DNA of 64,000 nt from an uncultured Gammaproteobacteria bacterium. Its GTDB lineage: Bacteria; Patescibacteriota; Microgenomatia; Daviesbacterales; UBA10151. The notes below the pieces were generated by a model that was not told where the DNA came from, searched no databases, and was given only the letters and a program-made list of their open reading frames with translations. The DNA lies in NCBI GenBank assembly GCA_964396715.1, contig CAYNFQ010000002.1, forward strand, positions 2,234-66,233. Reading direction: 5' to 3'. The translations under genes and the position numbers were made by a program. Shown in pieces: positions 9,840 to 19,195 of this stretch; the stretch's first letter is position 1, and each line of letters starts with the position of its first letter.

Positions 9840-11159
9840 ATGGACAATTTAAGGCTCTGGCATAAATTTTTACAGCTCATCAAACCCGCAGTAGGCCCTG
9901 ATAATTTCAAGGCTTACTTTTTAAAAACCCTGCTAAAATCAATGACCGGAGATAGTCTTGTTTTAAGCACCAACTCAGCTTTTATAAAAGAGAGTTTGGA
10001 TCAAAAATATAGAACATTAATTGAGGAAACTTTTGCCAAGCTTTTAGAAAAAGCAGTGAAAGTTTCATTTATTGTCGCAGAGAGCGAAACTGAAAACCGG
10101 CAAATGGAGGAGGATTTTTTCTTGCCCTTGCAAACTCAAACAAATACGCTTAACCCCAAATATACCTTGGAAAATTTCGTGGTTGGGCCCACTAACAATT
10201 TAGCCTATGCCGCTGCCCAGGCTGTTGCTCAAAACCCCGGCACCTCTTATAACCCCTTGTTTATATACGGCGGGACCGGTGTGGGCAAAACTCACTTAAT
10301 GCTGGGGATTGGCAACGCCATAGTCAAAAAACACCCCAATTTTAAAGTTAATTTTTGTTCTTCGGAAAGATTCACCAATGATTATGTAGGCGCCCTTCAG
10401 ACCAAACAGTTTGCCTCTTTCCGTAACCGCTACAGAAACACAGATATTCTGCTGATTGATGATATCCAGTTTTTTTCCGGCAGGGAAGGCACCCAGGAGG
10501 AATTTTTTCACACCTTTAATGAATTAGCTTCTAAAAACTCGCAGATTGTGATCACTTCAGACAGACCCCCGTACGAAATTGCCAAACTGGAAGACAGGTT
10601 GAAAAGCCGCTTTCAGGGAGGATTGATGGTTGATATCCAGATTCCGGATTTCGATACCAGAGTGGCCATATTAAAAAACAAGTGCGCAGAACACCACAGC
10701 TTCCTTGGGGAGGGCTGTTTAAACATGATTGCCGCCTCAGTTGAAACAAATGCCCGAGATTTGGAAGGAAAACTGATCCAGATCCTGCAGTCTTTAAAAA
10801 CAAAGAATTTGCCCCCCACAGAGGAAAATATCACAATTTTACTTGGCGCAAAAGAGAATGGCCAGTTAAAAAATCTTACACCAAGGCAAGTAATTACCAA
10901 AATCTGTGAGTATTTTACCATTAAACAGAGTGATTTAAACGGACCCAAAAGACAAAAAGAACTGGTTTTACCCCGCCACCTCACCATGTATATTTTATCA
11001 GAAGAATTAGGTCTCACTGTGGAAAAAATAGGAGAATTGCTGGGAGGAAGGGATCATACCACGGTGATGCACGGAAGAGACAAAGTCAAAAGATTAATTC
11101 TTACCAATAAGGATGTCCAAAGAATTTTTATTGAAACCAAACAGAGTTTATCCACATAA
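9840..11159 (+). CDS. dnaA: chromosomal replication initiator protein DnaA
   Basis: AAA+ Walker A GGTGVGKTHL, sensor motifs and C-terminal HTH DNA-binding domain; 439 aa. Confidence 0.95.
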   Translation: MDNLRLWHKFLQLIKPAVGPDNFKAYFLKTLLKSMTGDSLVLSTNSAFIKESLDQKYRTLIEETFAKLLEKAVKVSFIVAESETENRQMEEDFFLPLQTQTNTLNPKYTLENFVVGPTNNLAYAAAQAVAQNPGTSYNPLFIYGGTGVGKTHLMLGIGNAIVKKHPNFKVNFCSSERFTNDYVGALQTKQFASFRNRYRNTDILLIDDIQFFSGREGTQEEFFHTFNELASKNSQIVITSDRPPYEIAKLEDRLKSRFQGGLMVDIQIPDFDTRVAILKNKCAEHHSFLGEGCLNMIAASVETNARDLEGKLIQILQSLKTKNLPPTEENITILLGAKENGQLKNLTPRQVITKICEYFTIKQSDLNGPKRQKELVLPRHLTMYILSEELGLTVEKIGELLGGRDHTTVMHGRDKVKRLILTNKDVQRIFIETKQSLST

Positions 11160-11314
11160 TCTTCCTGCTTATCCACATATTTTCCCACCAAAAATAACTG
11201 CTTATTCACACGAAATTCTCCCAAAAATAAGTTCAAAAATTAACTTTTACACATATCCACACCACATATTAATATGACTAGTATTTAGTACATTTATAGT
11301 ATAATCTACAAGCA
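11148..11314. promoter_or_regulatory. oriC core: DnaA-box cluster plus AT-rich DNA unwinding element
   Basis: Perfect TTATCCACA at 11148-11156 and 11169-11177. One-mismatch boxes TTATTCACA at 11202-11210 and ATATCCACA at 11252-11260. Reverse perfect box TGTGGATAA at 11306-11314. AT-rich stretch about 11262-11300. Confidence 0.75.
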
Positions 11315-11316
11315 CT

Positions 11317-11775
11317 GTGGATAACTTTAACTGGATTTTGGTTATTCTAATAATTACAAGTTTGTTAATTGCTTATTTAGTTGGTAGGCTTCAAGGTAGA
11401 AAACCAGCAGATATTCCTACTGATTTAATAGATCTTTACAAAGGAGTCCAGGATTTGCCCGCCAAAGTATTACAGGTGATCCAGGGCTCAATTAATCCTC
11501 AAAAAGGCAGGATGGCCGAACTTTTAACCTATGCCGAACTTCGCTATGATTATGATCGTATTATTCCCTTGGGATGGCCGATTGATTTTATCGGCATTAA
11601 AAACGGGGAGCGGATAGATTTTATAGAAGTAAAGAGCGGCCAAACTTACATCTTGACAGACGAGGAAAAACACATTAAAAACTTAATTGCTGCTGGCAGG
11701 GTTAATTTCAGATTAATTAAAGTATCTGAAGAAGACATCCACAATTTTGTGACTGCCAGAAAGGGAGAAGAATAG
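11317..11775 (+). CDS. membrane-anchored PD-(D/E)xK nuclease-like protein (Hjc/YraN-like fold), encoded inside the dnaA-dnaN origin spacer
   Basis: N-terminal TM helix; D...IDFIEVKSG E-x-K motif arrangement typical of restriction-endonuclease-fold proteins. Confidence 0.4.
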   Translation: MDNFNWILVILIITSLLIAYLVGRLQGRKPADIPTDLIDLYKGVQDLPAKVLQVIQGSINPQKGRMAELLTYAELRYDYDRIIPLGWPIDFIGIKNGERIDFIEVKSGQTYILTDEEKHIKNLIAAGRVNFRLIKVSEEDIHNFVTARKGEE

Positions 11776-11816
11776 ATTTCAGTCTTCAGCTATCAGCTTT
11801 CAGACTTTAAAATTGT

Positions 11817-11844
11817 CTGACGACTGACGACTGACGACTGACGA
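11817..11844. repeat. heptamer tandem repeat (CTGACGA)x4 abutting the dnaN start codon
   Basis: Direct reading. Confidence 0.85.
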
Positions 11845-11850
11845 CTGAAA

Positions 11851-12969
11851 ATGAAATTTACCATATTACAACAGGATTTTTTGCCCAAGTTGCAATCTGT
11901 TTCCAGGTCAGTGGGCGTGCGCTCCACCCTGCCTGTTTTGGATAATATTTTACTTTCGGTAGCAGGCTCGCCTCGCGGCGAAGCGGGCAAAAAACTGAAA
12001 ATTGCCGCCACCAATTTGGAAATAGGTGTTATTAAATATTTGCCTATTGAAGGAGGGGAAGACGGAGAAATTACTATTCCTGCCAAAACCATAGTAGAGC
12101 TAATTTCCGGCTTAGACCAATCCAAGGTGGAGCTTGCCACAACAGGGGAAGGCTTGACAGTCTCAAGCGGCAAACTCAAAGCCTTCATCAATGGTATCCC
12201 TGCCTCGGAATTTCCGGCCATACCTTTATCAGAGGAGAAAGGGATCAGTTTTTCCAAAGAAGCGCTTCAAGAGTGCTCTGGGATCCTTTTTGCCTCGGCT
12301 GTGGATGAGGGCAGACCGGTTTTGACGGGGATTTTAACAGAAGCCAAAGATGACAAATTGGATTTCGTAGCCACAGACGGCTTCAGACTGGCCCACCGCC
12401 AGGTAGCATTACCCAAAGGATCACCTCAGTTTAAAAGTTTAATCCCCAGGAGAACTTTTGAGGAAGTTTTACGCATTATGGGGGAGGAGGAAGCGGAGGA
12501 GATCAAGATTGCCACCACTGAAAACCAAAACCAGGTCATATTTTCCCTGGGAACAACAATTGTGTCCTCAAGGTTGATCGAAGGTCAATTTCCTGCCTGG
12601 GAAAAGATCATCCCCGCCTCCTCGGTGGCCAGGGTGGCGGTAGATAAAGAGGAATTTTTGCGGGCCATCAAACTGGCAGCTGTTTTTACCAAAAACGAAG
12701 CCAATATTTTGGTTTTAAATACCCAAAAAAACCTCTTAAAGCTTAAATCCTTTGCCAAAGAGCTGGGCAGCCAGGAGAATGAGATTGAGGCGGAGGTGGC
12801 AGGTGAAATTGAGGTGGCCTTCAATACCAGATTTTTACAGGAGGTTATCTCCAATGCTCCCTCAACTCAAGTCAGCATTGAATTTTCAGGCCCGCTTTCT
12901 GCCTCCTTAATCAAACCAATCGGAGTCGAAGGATTGGAATATATTGTCATGCCGGTGAGGCTGAGTTAA
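11851..12969 (+). CDS. dnaN: DNA polymerase III beta sliding clamp
   Basis: 372 aa with three-domain clamp architecture; position after dnaA. Confidence 0.9.
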   Translation: MKFTILQQDFLPKLQSVSRSVGVRSTLPVLDNILLSVAGSPRGEAGKKLKIAATNLEIGVIKYLPIEGGEDGEITIPAKTIVELISGLDQSKVELATTGEGLTVSSGKLKAFINGIPASEFPAIPLSEEKGISFSKEALQECSGILFASAVDEGRPVLTGILTEAKDDKLDFVATDGFRLAHRQVALPKGSPQFKSLIPRRTFEEVLRIMGEEEAEEIKIATTENQNQVIFSLGTTIVSSRLIEGQFPAWEKIIPASSVARVAVDKEEFLRAIKLAAVFTKNEANILVLNTQKNLLKLKSFAKELGSQENEIEAEVAGEIEVAFNTRFLQEVISNAPSTQVSIEFSGPLSASLIKPIGVEGLEYIVMPVRLS

Positions 12970-13081
12970 TGACTGCTTGAAGATTTGCGTTTGCGTTCCA
13001 TTAAAGTAGGTAAAGCCAATAAGATTAATGACAAAAGGACAACTCCTAAAGCAATATAAAAAAGAAATATATCTCCTGAGT

Positions 13082-13387
13082 TCATTGTTTCACTTTCCTC
13101 ATAATCAAAACACTAAACGACCATGAAGTTACGGTAAATAACAATCCTAATACTACTATATGTAGTTTATTATTGAACCAGAATACCTCGCAGCTCTGCT
13201 GCGGGGATGAATGGTTCGATAAGAACTTGTCCCGCTTGCGGGATACCCCGCTGCTTGCAGCGGGGAGGAATTCATTTTGGTCAAGACCGGGAACTATCAA
13301 GGGTAGAATCATAGAGCCAGCAAAAAGCTGTCCAGAAGCCACACCTATGTCAGCAAGTACTTTAAGCTGATAATGGTTAAGTTTCAT
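13082..13387 (-). CDS. hypothetical protein (uncertain)
   Basis: ATGA start/stop overlap with the upstream gene suggests coupling. However, the ORF body covers two strong GC hairpins on the plus strand at 13185-13285, so it may be non-coding. Confidence 0.25.
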   Translation of the reverse strand: MKLNHYQLKVLADIGVASGQLFAGSMILPLIVPGLDQNEFLPAASSGVSRKRDKFLSNHSSPQQSCEVFWFNNKLHIVVLGLLFTVTSWSFSVLIMRKVKQ

Positions 13388-13833
13388 ATCCCCCTAAATT
13401 TTATTGTTTGGAAATGATAGATTGCCTCTTTGCCCCAATTGCCTACGCCATCGAATTTAGTCTCCGGCCCGATAAATATAGTATAGGTTACCCCCAGTTC
13501 AAAGGGGGTTTGGGGGATAATTTTGGCGGTTTTGCGATCAGGTGACAGCTCTATTTTTATTTCTGCCTTAGGATCTATCCTGAATTTAAATTCTCCGATA
13601 TTCTCCAAGGGGCGGTTAAAAGTTATCTCCACCACCTCTGTTGCGGAAACCACCGCATTTTCCAAAGGATCTGGTTTGGTGGCGATAATTTGAGGAGGTT
13701 CTGTTTGCTCATTTGCAGAAGGTTGTGGTTTAGCTTCAAAAGCTAGATCCTTTTTATAAATTCCCTTATACAGCAAAAAAGCGATCAGTAGTGTCAGTAG
13801 GCAAATTAGAGGCAGTAATGTTTTTTTATTCAT
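13384..13833 (-). CDS. signal-anchored secreted protein with Ig-like beta-sandwich domain (possible VirB8/PrgL-position protein)
   Basis: N-terminal TM/signal anchor followed by a beta-rich approximately 100-aa domain; last gene of the T4SS-like operon. Confidence 0.4.
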   Translation of the reverse strand: MNKKTLLPLICLLTLLIAFLLYKGIYKKDLAFEAKPQPSANEQTEPPQIIATKPDPLENAVVSATEVVEITFNRPLENIGEFKFRIDPKAEIKIELSPDRKTAKIIPQTPFELGVTYTIFIGPETKFDGVGNWGKEAIYHFQTIKFRGI

Positions 13834-13835
13834 AT

Positions 13836-16670
13836 TTATTGAGAAGTTATCTTTACATCATCCAGATACACAGCTGTCGGAAAATCATTTGTCACTCCAA
13901 ATCCAATATATACTCTTTTTCCTGATATTCCAATTTTTGAAAGCCCGTCAGCGCTTAAATTTATATTAATCTTTTTCCAGCCGGAAAAAGCATCAGAACA
14001 ATCAAAAGCAGCGCCTCCATCAATAATACACTCATACCCGGAGGAAAAATTCCCCTTACCACATTCGCTGAAATCAGGAACACCGGGAACATAACCAAGA
14101 AAAATTTCTTTCCCCGGATAAGGAGGAGTCTCCTCATTTGCTATATAAATATAAAACGGAGCAGACCTATTTGTCCCGACCTGATAGGTACCCTCACTTT
14201 TTATCTTGAACCAGAATTCAATTGAAATTCCGCTATTCATATTTGAGCTTTCAATATATTGTCTTACTTCAGGAAATATACGGAAACTTCCAGGTGTTGG
14301 ATCGCCCCCGTTATATATTTTGGGAGCTTGGCAAAGAGCTGCATTTTCTCCTCCAATTAGTATTGCAGATTTTCCGCTGTGAGCATCTGTAGTAAAACTT
14401 AAATTATCACTGAATTGACCCGCTTTATAAGAAGCTGTATTTGTCCACCCGGACAAAGAACTTTCAAATCCGCAGTTTTGTATAAGATTATTGCTTGTTT
14501 GGCAGGAGGCGGTATTATTTTGAGCGGAAGAAGTGCTAGTTGAAGAAGAACACCTCCCCCAGTAATTGGTATTAGTTTTTTGTACTCCGGCATAGTTATT
14601 ATCAGACAGATTGTCAGAGGACTTTAAAAGAGAGGAGTCTGGATCGGTAATCCCGATAAATCTTAAAGGGTTTACCAATACTCCGTTAATTTTAATTTTA
14701 TAGTGGACATGAGAGCCTGTTGAACCACCGCCTGTTGAGCCGACGATTCCTACAATACTTCCCCTTGTTACATTATTTCCTTTATCAACCCTGGAAGTTT
14801 GCAGATGTTCTAAAGTTATAACCGTAGATTTATCCTGACTGGTAATCTCTACAAATCTTCCCTCGTCACCATTAGCATCTGCTGCGCTGACAGTCCCATC
14901 AATGGTTGATTTTACAGGAGTAATGCCCTCTGTCCCGGCAATATCTATGCCGTTGTGGCATTGCAGAAAGCTGGAAGGACAATCTTGGTTGCGAACATTA
15001 GGATATCCTGGAATATTATAGCCGTATGGTGTGGTAATAGTTTCCTCAACAGGACAACCCAGGGATTGGTTTTGGGAGGCAATAATTTGTTGGCAGCTTT
15101 GGATGCTGGTCCAGATGTCAGTACCGTAGTTATAAGGGCCGCTGCACTTTAGTGGGTCTCCACCCCCATACTCTAAACAGCCATAATAACCTGAAGCTAC
15201 CTTATAGATAACATTTTGATTGCTATTCCAAGAAGGATCCCATTTTGTTCCATCTCCGATACCATACCCCAACTCTAATCTTTTTAAGATAAACCCAGCT
15301 GATAAAATAATACTTGTTTTAGGATCACAAAAATCTGTCTCAGTAAGCTGATCCAGGGATTTACCCAGAAAACCTGCTCCTAATTCTAATCCTGCAGAAA
15401 ACCCCCCTCTTGTACCAGGAGGCTGAAGCTGCATAATTCCTAAGGCTCCTGTTTGGCTTCTTGGACAACCGGCAATTGAGCTTAAACTGGGTAAATCTGC
15501 ATCTGTTTTAGAGGTAATTGTGGGAGACTCCACCCTGGCTATGGCAGCCAAGACAGCTGCTGGAACAGAAGAGATGCGAGAGGCTTCTTGAAAGTAATTC
15601 AAAAGAAGAGGGCTTTTATAGCTTTCTTGAGCAGGAGTTCTATCTCCTCTTGTAAACTGGCAACTGTTTAAATTTGTGATTGGGTAACTTGCAACAGGTG
15701 CAGCTTCACCTGATGGGGTTGTTTGGGAAAGGCCGCCAATTAAGCCTACACCCAAAACAAGGAAGAAAAAAGCTCCAACTAGACCCCAGATTAGCTTTTT
15801 TGATCCGGAGGACACAAAGGATTTAGATGCACTTCTTAATTCGGGACTGGAAAGTCTTTCAAAAGCATTAAGGCCGTGGTTTGCTGCTTTCCCCAAAAGA
15901 TTGTATGTGCCGGTCAGCCCAGGACCGGCAATACCTCTGCCTACTCCTTTGGCTATTTCCCAAAGACCCCTGCCTATTCTACCTAAATTTATTTTGGTAA
16001 ATCTTTGGCTAGCAGAGCCAAAATTTTTGGCTGCATTTGTAAATGAATCAGGCATTTTAAAACTGCGCCAGTTAAACCTTTGGAGAGCAGCAGTTTGCGC
16101 GTTTAGCCGGTTTGTTTCAGCTTCCAGTCTGTTTGCTTTATTAGTAGCAGCCGTGCCTTGGCCTGTTCCTCCCTCCATGCCTCCAATAGACGGAGGAGCC
16201 TGGTTGGCAATAAAAATACGCCGGGGAGTGGAAGAAATAGCTGGACCAGCAGGCAAGCCCGGCACACCCATTGTGCCCCCTGCTTCGCCAACAGGTACCT
16301 GTGTGCTTACGCCTTGTCCGGCTGAAGCTTCCTGACTGCCTACTTGTTCGCCGCTCCACCCTGCCGCAACAGGCTTTTCCCCTAACACTTTTGTTAATTC
16401 AATTTGCTGTGCCTGGGTAAAGTTACCCAAGAGAAATTTTCTATTATTTGGATCGGATAAATATCTGATAATGGCATTGTCATCTTTGAATTTGTCTCCT
16501 TGAAACTGTGGGAATCTGCGAAGCAATGAAAGACAGTAAGGTTTATCTACAGGTGTTCTTTGCCCGTTGATCATAGCAGAAGAAGGGATTTGTTTTAAGT
16601 CTTGTTTGAAGCCGCTATCTTTTAATGCCGAAAAAAATGCTATGAGTTTTTGAATATCCCTATAATCCAT
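13836..16670 (-). CDS. PrgK/VirB1-like bifunctional peptidoglycan hydrolase: lytic transglycosylase (SLT) + M23/LytM peptidase, single TM, Cys-rich C-terminal domain
   Basis: SLT motif ...ARVESP...GALGIMQL; M23 motif HNGIDIAG...GSHVHYKI; TM helix LIWGLVGAFFFLVLGVGLIGGL; adjacent to VirB4. Confidence 0.75.
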   Translation of the reverse strand: MDYRDIQKLIAFFSALKDSGFKQDLKQIPSSAMINGQRTPVDKPYCLSLLRRFPQFQGDKFKDDNAIIRYLSDPNNRKFLLGNFTQAQQIELTKVLGEKPVAAGWSGEQVGSQEASAGQGVSTQVPVGEAGGTMGVPGLPAGPAISSTPRRIFIANQAPPSIGGMEGGTGQGTAATNKANRLEAETNRLNAQTAALQRFNWRSFKMPDSFTNAAKNFGSASQRFTKINLGRIGRGLWEIAKGVGRGIAGPGLTGTYNLLGKAANHGLNAFERLSSPELRSASKSFVSSGSKKLIWGLVGAFFFLVLGVGLIGGLSQTTPSGEAAPVASYPITNLNSCQFTRGDRTPAQESYKSPLLLNYFQEASRISSVPAAVLAAIARVESPTITSKTDADLPSLSSIAGCPRSQTGALGIMQLQPPGTRGGFSAGLELGAGFLGKSLDQLTETDFCDPKTSIILSAGFILKRLELGYGIGDGTKWDPSWNSNQNVIYKVASGYYGCLEYGGGDPLKCSGPYNYGTDIWTSIQSCQQIIASQNQSLGCPVEETITTPYGYNIPGYPNVRNQDCPSSFLQCHNGIDIAGTEGITPVKSTIDGTVSAADANGDEGRFVEITSQDKSTVITLEHLQTSRVDKGNNVTRGSIVGIVGSTGGGSTGSHVHYKIKINGVLVNPLRFIGITDPDSSLLKSSDNLSDNNYAGVQKTNTNYWGRCSSSTSTSSAQNNTASCQTSNNLIQNCGFESSLSGWTNTASYKAGQFSDNLSFTTDAHSGKSAILIGGENAALCQAPKIYNGGDPTPGSFRIFPEVRQYIESSNMNSGISIEFWFKIKSEGTYQVGTNRSAPFYIYIANEETPPYPGKEIFLGYVPGVPDFSECGKGNFSSGYECIIDGGAAFDCSDAFSGWKKININLSADGLSKIGISGKRVYIGFGVTNDFPTAVYLDDVKITSQ

Positions 16671-16685
16671 ATCATTAGTGTATCA

Positions 16686-18449
16686 TCAAACATTTTGCCG
16701 GGCCAATAATTCCTCCGGGTTTGAGGTGATTAACTGATGTTCGGAAGGCGAGGCTACCACTCTCATGGCCACATGGGTATTTCCGGCAAAAAACAATCCT
16801 TCCCCGATGCCCTCAGACATCAAAAGCCTTTGTTCCCCTTCCGACAAATTAAAAACCCGGCCCAACAGATCAATTGAGGCGGGAGCCTGTTTTAACAGGA
16901 TTTGGATTGAAGAGTTGGAGATAATTTCCTTGCCCCGGTCGGTTGATAAAAAATCCTCCACATCCTGGGTGATAGTGGTCAGCCCCAAATAATACTTTCT
17001 TGATCTTTTGGCAATATCCACCAAAAAATCAGCCGAATCCTGATTTCTCATCAAATACCAGGCTTCATCTACAATCAGGATGCGTTTTTTGAGTTTGCTG
17101 CGGATCTTGGTCCAAATAAAATCCAATATCAGATGAATTGCCAGAGGCCTTAGCTGATCAGCCAAATCCCTGACTGAAAAAACAGTGAATGAGTTGGATA
17201 AATCAATATTGGAGCGGGAGGAAAATATGCCTGCTAAAGAGCCCTTGATAAATCTTTCCAAGCGGGCAGCCAGCTCCATGGCAGAGGGTTCTTCCATGCC
17301 GATCAACACCTTATACAAATCCTCCATCAAAGGAGGGCCGGATGGCGGGTTAATTTGAGTTTTGGGATCATCGGTGATGCCTTTTTGTTGGTATGTTTGT
17401 TTTAAGCTTCTGTCCAAAATTGCCGCCTCGGTGGCGGAAAGCGTCCCCAGGACAATTTTTAAAAATGCGGTTAAGGATAAAATTTTTCTTCCCAGCTCAT
17501 TCTCACCTGAGGATACATCAAAAGATAAATCAAACGGATTAATTTTGGCAGGGGATGATGATGAAAAATTAATATATTCCCCCCCGACAGCCTGCGACAG
17601 TGTTAAATACTCCTGCTCAGGGTCAATCACAATAATTTCCGTGCCAAACATTAAAGAACGCATAGCTTCCAGTTTTACTAAATAACTTTTTCCCGCTCCT
17701 GATTTGGCGAAGACCACAGAATTGGCATTCTCTAAACTGAACCTATCAAACAAAATCAGCGAATCATTATGCTCATTGATGCCGTACATGATCCCCTCAT
17801 TGGCTGTTAGCTCAGATGAGGCAAAAGGGAAAGTGGTGGCCAAAGCCGTGGTGTCCATATTGTGGGTTAAATTTAACAGGTCTTCTCCCAAAGGCAGGGT
17901 GGATTTAAAACCATCCTCCATTTGCAGTGTGGTTGGTTTGGCGCTCATGGAGAGCGATGCCAGGGTTCCCTCAACCAGTTTGGAAGTATTGTGCAATTCT
18001 TCCAAATTAACGCTGGGGACAGTGATGTACAAAGCAAACTGGAAAAATCTTTCCACGCCTTTGACCAGTTGGTCCTGCAATCCTCTGGCATCTTCCAGCG
18101 CCACCTCAACAGAGGGATCAATAGCTCTGCCCCGTTCCAGATCTGTTTGGATGGTTGCCTCCATCTCGGCAATTTTTCTTTTCAACTCATCCAAAACCCC
18201 GGCGGACTGGGAAGGATAAATAAACATGGAGATTAAAAGAGAATGGTCAAAGGAGATGACCGGTTCCAGCCAGTTTGGTTCCACAAAGCGGGGGTAACTG
18301 GATACAAAATAAGTTCGGGAAAACCTGTTGTCTATTCTGATGTGGTTAAAATCAACTTCAATTTCCGCAGGAGCAATCACGTCCTCCAAAGTTAATTGGA
18401 TAGTGGTATCTTCTGTTTTATTTTTTTTACCAAACAGGTTAAATTTCAT
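16686..18449 (-). CDS. virB4: VirB4/TrbE/CagE-family ATPase, C-terminal ATPase portion
   Basis: Walker A FAKSGAGKSYLVK; Walker B LIVDEAWYLM; 587 aa. Confidence 0.85.
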   Translation of the reverse strand: MKFNLFGKKNKTEDTTIQLTLEDVIAPAEIEVDFNHIRIDNRFSRTYFVSSYPRFVEPNWLEPVISFDHSLLISMFIYPSQSAGVLDELKRKIAEMEATIQTDLERGRAIDPSVEVALEDARGLQDQLVKGVERFFQFALYITVPSVNLEELHNTSKLVEGTLASLSMSAKPTTLQMEDGFKSTLPLGEDLLNLTHNMDTTALATTFPFASSELTANEGIMYGINEHNDSLILFDRFSLENANSVVFAKSGAGKSYLVKLEAMRSLMFGTEIIVIDPEQEYLTLSQAVGGEYINFSSSSPAKINPFDLSFDVSSGENELGRKILSLTAFLKIVLGTLSATEAAILDRSLKQTYQQKGITDDPKTQINPPSGPPLMEDLYKVLIGMEEPSAMELAARLERFIKGSLAGIFSSRSNIDLSNSFTVFSVRDLADQLRPLAIHLILDFIWTKIRSKLKKRILIVDEAWYLMRNQDSADFLVDIAKRSRKYYLGLTTITQDVEDFLSTDRGKEIISNSSIQILLKQAPASIDLLGRVFNLSEGEQRLLMSEGIGEGLFFAGNTHVAMRVVASPSEHQLITSNPEELLARQNV

Positions 18450-19195
18450 ACTTCTGTTCCTAATTCTTCCACCACAAACGGGTGGTTTCTTGAGTACTGG
18501 GTGGTAAGTGGCGGTACAGGAGGCTGGTTGAGTTTTTGTTCGGGAAGTGCTGATTTTAAGTCCGGTTGCACAACTATCTTTTGCGGCTCCTTTAGGGTCA
18601 CCTCCATCTGCCGGCCGCTTATTGAGAGGGGTTGGCTGCTTTGGAAACTCTGACCATTGTAGATACTGTAAAAAAGCTCAAGCAATTCTTGGCCGGTCAG
18701 TTGTGAAGTCTTAAGTCCGACTCTTGACAGTTGTCTTAAGACTTGATCCCTTCTTGGCAGCAGCACGGTTTTAATTTTCTGCTGCAGCGACTCTGTTGAG
18801 GCAGTCAGTCCCAACTCTAAGGAAAAAAGAGGAATGACTACATAGAATTTTTTATCCAGGACATCATTTTCCTTAATGGTAGTTTGAATAAACTGGCGAT
18901 AACTGACAATCATTTTTGATAAAAGCAGATTAGTCTGTATTTTTTGGGCCTTGTCCAAAAGGGTGAGGTATGAGTTGATATTTAACCTTTGAGAGTGGAT
19001 GACGATTTGGATACTGAATGATAAGGAGTTTAGCATTTGGGCAAAGCTGCCAATGATGGCCATTTGCTCTCTTTGGGAAAGCAGGCCAAAATTAACTGCC
19101 CCCACTTGTAAAACCAGTGCCCCTCCGCCTCCTTTGAGGATTAAAATGTCCTCCCGAATATCCTTAATAGACAAATGCTGCTGTGTTGTGCTCAT
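18446..19195 (-). CDS. VirB4 N-terminal domain encoded as a separate ORF (split VirB4)
   Basis: 249-aa ORF with a VirB4/CagE N-domain-like pattern; 4-nt ATGA overlap with the ATPase ORF. Confidence 0.55.
   Translation of the reverse strand: MSTTQQHLSIKDIREDILILKGGGGALVLQVGAVNFGLLSQREQMAIIGSFAQMLNSLSFSIQIVIHSQRLNINSYLTLLDKAQKIQTNLLLSKMIVSYRQFIQTTIKENDVLDKKFYVVIPLFSLELGLTASTESLQQKIKTVLLPRRDQVLRQLSRVGLKTSQLTGQELLELFYSIYNGQSFQSSQPLSISGRQMEVTLKEPQKIVVQPDLKSALPEQKLNQPPVPPLTTQYSRNHPFVVEELGTEV

Noticed and set aside
11793-12257. 154-aa minus-strand ORF
   Set aside because: Antisense to dnaN.
13185-13285. SRP (4.5S) RNA
   Set aside because: The hairpins lack the GGAA tetraloop and the asymmetric internal loop motif of SRP helix 8; the only resemblance is GC-rich stems.
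16103-16359. Small ORFs nested inside the PrgK-like gene on both strands
   Set aside because: Alternative-frame artefacts of a GC-richer, Gly/Pro-rich coding stretch.
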